The notes below the pieces were generated by a model. It was given only the letters and a program-made list of their open reading frames with translations. It did not search any database and was not told the DNA's origin. Positions 57,246 to 64,000 of a stretch of DNA of 64,000 nt are shown piece after piece. How positions within the stretch are numbered: the first letter of the stretch is position 1; each line of letters opens with the position of its first letter. Source of the DNA: Acidobacteriota bacterium (lineage in GTDB: Bacteria > Acidobacteriota > Vicinamibacteria > Vicinamibacterales > UBA2999); assembly GCA_013140775.1 (NCBI GenBank), contig JABFSA010000040.1, positions 5,182 to 69,181 on the forward strand, read 5' to 3'. Both the position numbers and the translations under genes were made by a program.

Positions 57246-57620
57246 ATGAAGAAGGTGCACGTCCTCGCGGCTCTGGTGACTGCGCTGGTTGCTCTTGCCG
57301 TGCCGTTGTCTGCGCATCACGCCTGGCCCGTGAGTTATTCCAAGCTCGTGACCGTGAAGGGAACGGTCAACGAGTTCACGTGGGCGAACCCACACCCCAT
57401 GATCACGGTCGAAGTTCGCGCCGACGGCAAGGTGGAGAAGTGGCTGATCGGTGGACCCGCCATCAACCGTATGGAAGCCAACGGTTGGGGGAAAGAGACG
57501 GTCAAGATCGGCGACATGATCACGGGCGTTGGATATCAGTTCGCCGACGGCCAGAAGATCATCAGGCTCGAGCGGGTCACACTCGCCAACGGCAAAGAGA
57601 TGCGATTGTACGGTCGATAG
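57246..57620 (+). CDS. Small secreted protein (DUF6152-like)
   Basis: ATG 57246 follows GGAGGAAA. Signal peptide MKKVHVLAALVTALVALAVPLSA, then HHAWP. Confidence 0.65.
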   Translation: MKKVHVLAALVTALVALAVPLSAHHAWPVSYSKLVTVKGTVNEFTWANPHPMITVEVRADGKVEKWLIGGPAINRMEANGWGKETVKIGDMITGVGYQFADGQKIIRLERVTLANGKEMRLYGR

Positions 57621-57644
57621 TTCTCGCGCGCCGAGGTTCCAGTC

Positions 57645-58217
57645 ATGGCGGATCTAATGTCTTCGATCGCTGCGGAGTTCCGTCGCTACAAGGCGCTCGG
57701 GCAGGCCGCGATCGCGCAGCTGGACGAAACGGACCTGGCGCGCGCCGGCGACGGCGAGAGTAACTCCATTGCCGTGATCGTCTGGCACATCTCCGGAAAT
57801 CTCCGGTCGAGGTTCGTGGACTTCCGCACCGCCGACGGCGAGAAGCCGTGGCGAAATCGCGATGAGGAATTCGAATCGCGGGTTGTGGGCCGCGAAGAGC
57901 TGATGGCCAAGTGGGAAGCGGGTTGGGCGGAGTTGTTCTCCGCACTCGGCACTCTGACAGATGCCGACCTCCACGAGAACGTCGTCATTCGACGACAGCC
58001 ACATGCGATCCACGAAGCCCTCCACCGAGCGCTCGCGCACACCAGCTATCACGTGGGACAGATCGTCTCGATAGCGAAAACGATCAAGGGTGATGCCTGG
58101 CGGAACCTGTCTATTCCGAAGGGCGGATCCGCGGCCTATAACCAGAGTCCGCATCGCGAAACGCCGGAGAATCATGCCGCGATGTTGCGAACGCGCATCA
58201 GCGGAGACCAGTCGTGA
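57645..58217 (+). CDS. DinB-superfamily protein (DUF1572-like)
   Basis: IAVIVWHISGNLRSRF and LAHTSYHVGQIV. Confidence 0.65.
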   Translation: MADLMSSIAAEFRRYKALGQAAIAQLDETDLARAGDGESNSIAVIVWHISGNLRSRFVDFRTADGEKPWRNRDEEFESRVVGREELMAKWEAGWAELFSALGTLTDADLHENVVIRRQPHAIHEALHRALAHTSYHVGQIVSIAKTIKGDAWRNLSIPKGGSAAYNQSPHRETPENHAAMLRTRISGDQS

Positions 58218-58684
58218 AGCTGAGCCGCTTCGTGCGCGTGGCAGTATTTGCGGCCGCAGGTACCGCGGCGGCATGCCACAGCGCGTCTCCGCTTGAAGGG
58301 CCCTCGCCCTTGCCCGCGATATCCGGCCTCAACGGCACGTCGTGGCAACTCGTCAGGTTTATCGGAGGCGACGACACCGTGCTCCTGCCTCGGGCCGGTG
58401 CAGCCTACACTGTTGAATTCGGCTCTGGCGGAGAGTTGAGCGCTCGAGTCGATTGCAACCGTGGTCGCGGATCATGGCAGTCAAGCGGACCGAACCAGCT
58501 CCAGTTCGGTCCCCTGGCGCTCACGCGCGCGCTCTGTCCGGACCAGACCCTCCACGACCAGATCATCAGGCAATGGGACTTCGTCCGCTCCTACGTCCTG
58601 AAGGACAGGCGTCTCTTTTTGTCGCTGATGGCAGACGGAGGCGTCTACGAGTTCGAGCCAATGGGGTCAAACGCTGCAAAGTGA
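58214..58684 (+). CDS. META-domain (HslJ-like) lipoprotein
   Basis: Lipobox-like AAGTAAAC. GTSWQLV..., VDCNRGRGSW and LALTRALC. Confidence 0.75.
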   Translation: MKLSRFVRVAVFAAAGTAAACHSASPLEGPSPLPAISGLNGTSWQLVRFIGGDDTVLLPRAGAAYTVEFGSGGELSARVDCNRGRGSWQSSGPNQLQFGPLALTRALCPDQTLHDQIIRQWDFVRSYVLKDRRLFLSLMADGGVYEFEPMGSNAAK

Positions 58685-58713
58685 AGCACAGAAGGGGTTT
58701 GTGCTCGATTTTT
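58685..58713 (+). terminator. Weak Rho-independent terminator candidate
   Basis: agcaca-(9 nt)-tgtgct followed by cgaTTTTT, immediately after the META-gene stop. Confidence 0.35.
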
Positions 58714-58817
58714 GAACAGTCACGTCACTTGAAAACGATCTCCAAGACGACGTAATCTCCAGTCGGTACACCACTTCTTGACGGCTTGTCCCAGCGAGCC
58801 AGGAAGGAAGCCGATCC

Positions 58818-59237
58818 ATGCGGAGCTTCGTTGTCGCGCTGACTGTCGTCCTTTCCTCCACGCTCATGGCCCAGACGGACCTGAGCTATCACCGCGGCGA
58901 CACGGTGCGGTTGCAGTTGAAGGATCAGAAGCCCACGCCTGATCCCCGAATCATCGCGGTCCCCGGCGACCGCGTGCGCATTAATACGTCAGGCGTCTTC
59001 GTGAACGACATCCCGCTGACCTGGGTGTCGCGCGATTTCACCGCGAACTATGGCGCACGGCCCCTGGACTCGATGGTGCCCGAGGGCCAATATGTGGTGA
59101 TTGCCGATTACCGGCAGAACCACGACGTCTCTCAGTTCCTCGGGTTCGTTTTTGCCAACACCATCGTTGGCAGAGTCGAGGATACCGGCGTCGTTGCTGC
59201 ACCGAGCCGGCCGCTCGCAAGACCGCTCGCGCGTTAG
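58818..59237 (+). CDS. Secreted S26 (signal peptidase I)-like domain protein, apparently lacking the Ser/Lys dyad
   Basis: Signal peptide MRSFVVALTVVLSSTLMA. RIIAVPGDRVRI..GVFVNDIPL and VPEGQYVVIADYRQNHDVS resemble the LepB C-terminal boxes. There is no SM-PT box, and PR replaces the expected KR. Confidence 0.5.
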   Translation: MRSFVVALTVVLSSTLMAQTDLSYHRGDTVRLQLKDQKPTPDPRIIAVPGDRVRINTSGVFVNDIPLTWVSRDFTANYGARPLDSMVPEGQYVVIADYRQNHDVSQFLGFVFANTIVGRVEDTGVVAAPSRPLARPLAR

Positions 59238-59346
59238 CCGCCGCGGCCGCTCCCCCCACATCCTCGAGTTGCTGGAGACGTCGTGTTCCTCTGGGCACGG
59301 CCTGGCAGAACGCGTATCATCTGTCCATTCTTTTTGCGGAGGATTC

Positions 59347-60297
59347 ATGAGCAGACCGATCGTCCTCGGTGCCGTCATCGTGTTTGGCGCTCTCTCGATG
59401 ACTGCGAAGGCACTCCAGCAGCCGGCGCCTTCAGCAGCCGCCATCGAGGTCGATAAACTGGCGGACAACCTGTTCGTGCTCAAGGCGCTCGCAGGTGGTG
59501 GTGGTGGAAATACATCGGTGCTCGTCACGGCGACCGGAGTGGTTGTCGTGGACACCAAGAATCCGGGCTGGGGGCGACCGCTGCTCGACAAGATCAAGAC
59601 GATCACCGACAAGCCGGTGACGATGATCATCAACACGCACACACATGGTGATCACGTGAGCGGGAACGTCGAGTTCCCGGCCGCGATTGACGTTGTCGCC
59701 CACGAGAACACCAAGGCCAACATGGAAGCCATGCGGCCCGCGTCGTTTGTCGCGCAGCCAGCGGGTGGTCCTCCGCCAAACATCTTCACGCGGAACAATG
59801 GCACCGGCATGGCCAAGCGCACGTTCAAGGACTCGATGACGATTGGCGCTGGCGCCGATCGAATTGAGCTGCACTATTTCGGGCGTGCGCACACGAACGG
59901 TGATGCCATGGTGTTCTTCCCGGCGGCGAGGGCGTTCCACATGGCGGACGTCTTTGCGAACAAGGGCATGCCGGGTATGGACTCGAACAATGGCGGCACG
60001 GGCGTTGGCTACGCGGCAACGCTGACGAAAGCGGCGGACTTCGCGGACAAGGTGAACGTTCAGACGATCATCAACGGCCACAACGCCGCGACGACCACGC
60101 GTGCCGACCTCCGGGAGTTCATCCAGTACGTTGGTGATTTCGTGAAGACCGCGCAGGACGGCAAGCGGAGCGGCAAGAGCGTGGACGACGTGGTTCAGGC
60201 CTGGAAGACCCCGGCGAAGTACGCGGGGTACGAGCCGACGTCGCCCGCGGTTCGCGTAAAGGCAAACGTCGAGCTGATCTACAAAGAGACCAACTGA
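59347..60297 (+). CDS. Secreted MBL-fold metallo-hydrolase
   Basis: ATG 59347 follows GGAGGA. Signal peptide, then INTHTHGDHVSGN (HxHxDH). Confidence 0.85.
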   Translation: MSRPIVLGAVIVFGALSMTAKALQQPAPSAAAIEVDKLADNLFVLKALAGGGGGNTSVLVTATGVVVVDTKNPGWGRPLLDKIKTITDKPVTMIINTHTHGDHVSGNVEFPAAIDVVAHENTKANMEAMRPASFVAQPAGGPPPNIFTRNNGTGMAKRTFKDSMTIGAGADRIELHYFGRAHTNGDAMVFFPAARAFHMADVFANKGMPGMDSNNGGTGVGYAATLTKAADFADKVNVQTIINGHNAATTTRADLREFIQYVGDFVKTAQDGKRSGKSVDDVVQAWKTPAKYAGYEPTSPAVRVKANVELIYKETN

Positions 60298-60299
60298 GC

Positions 60300-61232
60300 A
60301 TGGGTCGGGTCGGCGCTATTGTTATCGCGCTTGCGGGCGTGCTGGTTCTGGCTGGAACCGGGGTTCACGTCACGCAGGCGCAGCAGCCGGCGCCACCCGA
60401 CAGTCTGCTGCGCGGCGCCATCGACATTCACGTCCACAGCCTTCCCGACGATCGCCCGCGTTCGGTAGACGGGGTCGAAGCCGCAACCTTCGCCAGGGCG
60501 AAGGGCATGCGCGCCATCGTGCTCAAGAATCACTATGAGTCGTCCGCCGGTCCGGTCTTCATGGTCCGCAAGGCGGTGCCTGGGATCGAGGTGTTTGGTG
60601 GCATCGATCTGAACTTGACTGTTGGCGGCATGAACCCGCACGCGGTCGAGCACATGACGAAGGTCACTGGCGGATACGGACGTATCGTCTGGATGTCCAC
60701 CTTCGATGCCGAGAACGCGGTACGGACGGCCAAGGAGAATCGACCGTTCGTCAGCGTCTCCAGAAACGGTGAACTGCTTCCTGAAACCAAGGCGGTGATT
60801 GCGATGATCGCCAGGCACAACCTGGTGCTGGCCACCGGTCATGTGACGGCTCAGGAAGGTCTGCTTTTGCTGCGCGAAGGTCGGCGTCAGGGAGTACGAC
60901 GCATGGTGGTGACGCACGCGATGAACCCACCGATCTTCATGACCGTGGTGCAGATGCAGGAAGCCGCCAAAGAGGGGGCGTTCATCGAATTCGTCGGCAG
61001 TGCGATAAGGACCGCTGACGATCAGGCGCGCATGGACAGGTTTGCCGCCGCAATCAAGCAAATTGGCCCCGCCGTGACCATCCTGTCGTCTGATCTGGGC
61101 CAGCAGGGAAACCCTCTGCCTGCCGATGGGTTCGCGATGTTCCTCGGCGCCATGCGCGATCGCGGCATCAGCGTCGCCGACATCGAGACGATGACCAGGC
61201 GAAACCCCGCGACGTTTCTCGGGTTGCCGTAG
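60300..61232 (+). CDS. Secreted amidohydrolase/PHP-like TIM-barrel protein (DUF6282-like)
   Basis: Signal peptide. IDIHVHSLPDDRPRSVD, IVLKNHYESS and ATGHV..VVTHAMNPP. Confidence 0.6.
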   Translation: MGRVGAIVIALAGVLVLAGTGVHVTQAQQPAPPDSLLRGAIDIHVHSLPDDRPRSVDGVEAATFARAKGMRAIVLKNHYESSAGPVFMVRKAVPGIEVFGGIDLNLTVGGMNPHAVEHMTKVTGGYGRIVWMSTFDAENAVRTAKENRPFVSVSRNGELLPETKAVIAMIARHNLVLATGHVTAQEGLLLLREGRRQGVRRMVVTHAMNPPIFMTVVQMQEAAKEGAFIEFVGSAIRTADDQARMDRFAAAIKQIGPAVTILSSDLGQQGNPLPADGFAMFLGAMRDRGISVADIETMTRRNPATFLGLP

Positions 61233-61432
61233 TTCCAACCCGCCCTCGGCACGGCGCACCCATGCCCAAGTCAGGCTTCACCTTCAGGTGAAGGCAATCG
61301 CTCCATTGCCGATTACACAGTGGCACGCCATCGATCCGCCGGGGCACGTGTGTGCAATGGTGGACCACTGCGTATCGTGATGAGAAGACCTGGACGCCGC
61401 ACATTTGTTTTCGCAACCCCGCCGGGGACTCG

Positions 61433-63616
61433 ATGACGCCTGATCTGGGCCCGCTGCTTGTCGTGGACGACGACGAGGCCAACCGGGATATGCTCGCCCG
61501 CCGCCTCATGCGGAGCGGTTTCCGCGTGGCGACAGCTGCGAGCGGGGCGGAGGCGCTGGCGCACATCGAGGCCAACGTGACGGAGCTCGTCCTGCTGGAC
61601 GGCGAGATGCCGGGCATGAACGGTCTGCAGGTGCTGCAGGAGATTCGCAAGACCAGATCGTCGTCCGTGCTCCCCGTTGTGATGGTGACGGCGAGAAACG
61701 AGAGCGAAGACATTGTCGAAGCTCTGAATCTCGGCGCCGACGACTACATCACCAAGCCGATCGACTTCGCTGTTGCGCTTGCACGCATTCGCACGCAGTT
61801 GTCCCGCAAGGAGGCCGAAGGTCGGCTGCGCGAGAGCGAGGAGCGCTACGCGCTGGCGGCGATGGGCGCGAACGATGGGTTGTGGGATTGGGACCTGGCG
61901 TCGGGGAAGATTTATCTCTCGCCCAGATGGAAGGCGATTGTAGGTGCTGAGCCAGAGGCGATTGGCGAGGATCCGAAGGAATGGTTCGATCGCATTCACC
62001 CGGACGATCTGGACCGTGTCCGACAGCATCTCGCGGCGCATCTCAAAGGGCGGTCCCCGCATTTCGAGTGCGAGCACCGCATTCGACACGAGTCAGGCGC
62101 CTTCCGCTGGGTCCTGGTGCGCGGCCTGGCGATCCGCGATGCGAAGGGCGGGGCGATTCGAATCGCAGGATCACAGGCGGACCTCACGTCCACGAAGATC
62201 CTCGATCCGCTGACGGGGTTGCCCAATCACCGGCTGCTGCACGACCGGATGGAACGCGCGCTGTCAGATCAGAAGGTGCAGGAGGACAAGCGCTGCGCCG
62301 TCCTGCTGTTCGACCTTGACGGCCTGAAGCTGATCAACGACAGCCTGGGCCATCATGCAGGCGACGAGCTGATTCAGGCCGTAGCGGGCAGGCTCGATGC
62401 CTCGTTGCGCGCGACCGACACGATTGTGCGCGCGGATGCCGCCGATGAAGCGACCAGCTTGCGGAGCATCACGGAGCACACGCTGGCGCGCCTCGGAGGC
62501 GACGAATTTATCATCCTGCTGCCCGACGCGCAGGAAGTGGCCGACGTCACCTGTGTCGCAGAGCGGCTGCAAAAGCTCATGTCGCAGCCGTTCGACGTCG
62601 CGGGGCACCAGATTTTCGCCACGGCCAGCATCGGGATTGCCATGAGCCGCCCTGGCAGAACCAACCCGAAGGAACTGCTGCGAGATGCTGACACCGCGAT
62701 GAACAGGGCGAAAATCTCGGGCACCGGGCGCTACGAGATCTTCGACGAGACAATGCGGAAAGAGGTACAGCAGCGCCTGCTCCTCGAAACGGATTTGCGG
62801 CATGCGGTGACGCGCGAAGAGTTCGTACCATACTTCCAGCCCATTGTGGAGATGACGACGGGAAGGCTGGCCGGGTTCGAAGCGCTGCTGCGATGGCGAC
62901 ATCCGACGCGTGGCGTGGTTCTACCCGGTGAGTTCGTGCCTGTCGTGGAAGAGAACGGGCTCATCGTGCCGATCGGCCGATCGTGCTTCGAGCAGGTGTG
63001 CCGTCAGATGCGGGAGTGGCTCGATACCTATGCCTGTCCGGAGCACTTCTGGGTCAGTGTGAACTTCTCGAGGCAGCAGTTCCTCGAGGACGGCCTGCTG
63101 CCGTGGCTGCTCGGATGTCTCGAGCGGTCGAATCTCCTGCCGTCTCATATCGTCGTCGAGATCACCGAGAGCACCGCGGTGCAGGACCTCGACCGTACGA
63201 TTCATGTGCTCGGACAGTTGCGTGAGGCAGGCGTCAAGGCGCTCATGGATGACTTCGGAACGGGCTATTCGTCGCTCGTCTGCCTGCACCAACTGCCGAT
63301 CGGGGGCCTTAAGCTCGACAGGACGCTGCTCCTTGCAACCGAGAAGCATCCCGCACTCCTCGAAACCGTCGTCGGGCTTGCAGTCAGCCTCGGGCTGACC
63401 GTGACGGCAGAGGGCATCGAGACGGAATCCCAGTGTGAGCGAGTGGCGGCGGTCGGTTGCGATTTCGCTCAGGGCTACATCTTTGAGCGTCCCGTAGAGG
63501 CGGACAAGGCGGCGGAGATCATCACCGCCAACGAACGCTGGCTGCAGGATCTGGTCACGCCAGTTACCTTCGCCGGCCGGTCAGCGCAACAGATCGCTCT
63601 TCAACCAGCCAGTTAG
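61433..63616 (+). CDS. Response-regulator receiver / PAS / GGDEF / EAL protein (c-di-GMP turnover)
   Basis: LLVVDDDEANRDML...LLDGEMPGMNG (REC), WDWDL..PAS, RLGGDEFIILL (GGDEF), and FEALLRWRHP with DDFGTGYSSL (EAL). ATG 61433 preferred over track start 61352. Confidence 0.85.
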   Translation: MTPDLGPLLVVDDDEANRDMLARRLMRSGFRVATAASGAEALAHIEANVTELVLLDGEMPGMNGLQVLQEIRKTRSSSVLPVVMVTARNESEDIVEALNLGADDYITKPIDFAVALARIRTQLSRKEAEGRLRESEERYALAAMGANDGLWDWDLASGKIYLSPRWKAIVGAEPEAIGEDPKEWFDRIHPDDLDRVRQHLAAHLKGRSPHFECEHRIRHESGAFRWVLVRGLAIRDAKGGAIRIAGSQADLTSTKILDPLTGLPNHRLLHDRMERALSDQKVQEDKRCAVLLFDLDGLKLINDSLGHHAGDELIQAVAGRLDASLRATDTIVRADAADEATSLRSITEHTLARLGGDEFIILLPDAQEVADVTCVAERLQKLMSQPFDVAGHQIFATASIGIAMSRPGRTNPKELLRDADTAMNRAKISGTGRYEIFDETMRKEVQQRLLLETDLRHAVTREEFVPYFQPIVEMTTGRLAGFEALLRWRHPTRGVVLPGEFVPVVEENGLIVPIGRSCFEQVCRQMREWLDTYACPEHFWVSVNFSRQQFLEDGLLPWLLGCLERSNLLPSHIVVEITESTAVQDLDRTIHVLGQLREAGVKALMDDFGTGYSSLVCLHQLPIGGLKLDRTLLLATEKHPALLETVVGLAVSLGLTVTAEGIETESQCERVAAVGCDFAQGYIFERPVEADKAAEIITANERWLQDLVTPVTFAGRSAQQIALQPAS

Positions 63617-63683
63617 TCTCGTAACGATCCACGTCGCCCTGACGTCCGATCGGCTGTTTTCAGCGTCCTATACTGAACAACTC

Positions 63684-64000
63684 ATGCGATTCGCTGCGCT
63701 CTTCGTGTGTCTACTGTTCGTGCTTGCGCCACGGCCAGTTGAGGCTCAGGATGCGTCGGCTTCGGGATCGACGAAACGTGTCCGCGTGACCCGAGTGGCA
63801 ACCGCTCCGACTGTGGATGGGCTCCTCGATGACGAGGTGTGGAAGCAGGCTGAGGCGATCACGGACTTTCACCAGATTCGGCCGGGGGATGGTGCTCAGC
63901 CCTCGGAACGGACTGAGGTCTATCTGGTCTATACGGATGACGCGCTGTATGTCGGCGCGCGGATGTTCGACAGCGAGCCGCACAGGATTGCCGCGCCGAC
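63684..64000 (+). CDS. Secreted protein, 3' partial (carbohydrate-binding family 9 / DUF5916-like N-terminus)
   Basis: My translation gives MRFAALFVCLLFVLAPRPVEAQD...RVATAPTVDGLLDDEVWKQAEAITDFHQIRPGDG...YLVYTDDALYVGARMFD. The frame is open to the window end, so it is not in the track. Confidence 0.6.
   Translation, partial: MRFAALFVCLLFVLAPRPVEAQDASASGSTKRVRVTRVATAPTVDGLLDDEVWKQAEAITDFHQIRPGDGAQPSERTEVYLVYTDDALYVGARMFDSEPHRIAAP

Noticed and set aside
61233-61432. 200-nt leader upstream of the RR-PAS-GGDEF-EAL gene as a possible riboswitch or sRNA
   Set aside because: It contains two short hairpins (61276-61293 and ggcaat-cgctcc-attgcc). These are best explained as the terminator region of the upstream gene. 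I recognised no conserved riboswitch core.

Overview
High-GC bacterial chromosomal window, gene content suggestive of Acidobacteriota (inference only). All calls come from reading the translations and DNA by eye; no database search was run, so family names are motif-level recognitions. (1) Positions 1-28374 form a single co-directional plus-strand block of about 25 mostly translationally coupled genes for surface-glycan biosynthesis. It holds two NeuA-type CMP-ulosonic-acid synthetases, a NeuB-type PEP-condensing synthase, and a DegT aminotransferase. It also holds SDRs, an aldehyde dehydrogenase, a divergent transketolase, a HAD phosphatase and a TagD-like cytidylyltransferase. Transfer functions are a methyltransferase, a Capsule_synth-like transferase, a WecA/MraY-type initiating transferase and GT4/GT2 enzymes. 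The most unusual part is an 11-kb tandem array at 668-11641 of two uncharacterised paralog families. Family A has four soluble proteins (motif GPW-SEVG-E-LYW-PFL). Family B has three large polytopic membrane proteins that end in LPCF. (2) 28.4-36.9 kb holds an FAD oxidoreductase, an RmlD-like reductase, gmd and a UDP-sugar dehydrogenase. A minus-strand thiS-thiG-methyltransferase-O-antigen-ligase-like string follows. (3) 37-64 kb is mostly housekeeping or accessory: DEAD-box helicase, infA, an AMP-ligase-ACP-acyltransferase fusion and a frameshifted epimerase. It continues with an SxtJ/DUF5989/carbamoyltransferase/SGNH-like operon, CCA-adding enzyme, M20 peptidase, proline dehydrogenase, a PlsB-like acyltransferase and a canonical transketolase. 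The end of the window has a PadR module, several small secreted or DinB-type proteins, an MBL hydrolase and an RR-PAS-GGDEF-EAL protein. No rRNA, tRNA, CRISPR array, transposase or integrase was seen. The best candidates for undescribed biology are the A/B paralog array together with the NeuB-SDR-ALDH-NeuA-transketolase-HAD module, a 137-nt imperfect palindrome that splits this operon, and the carbamoyltransferase operon.
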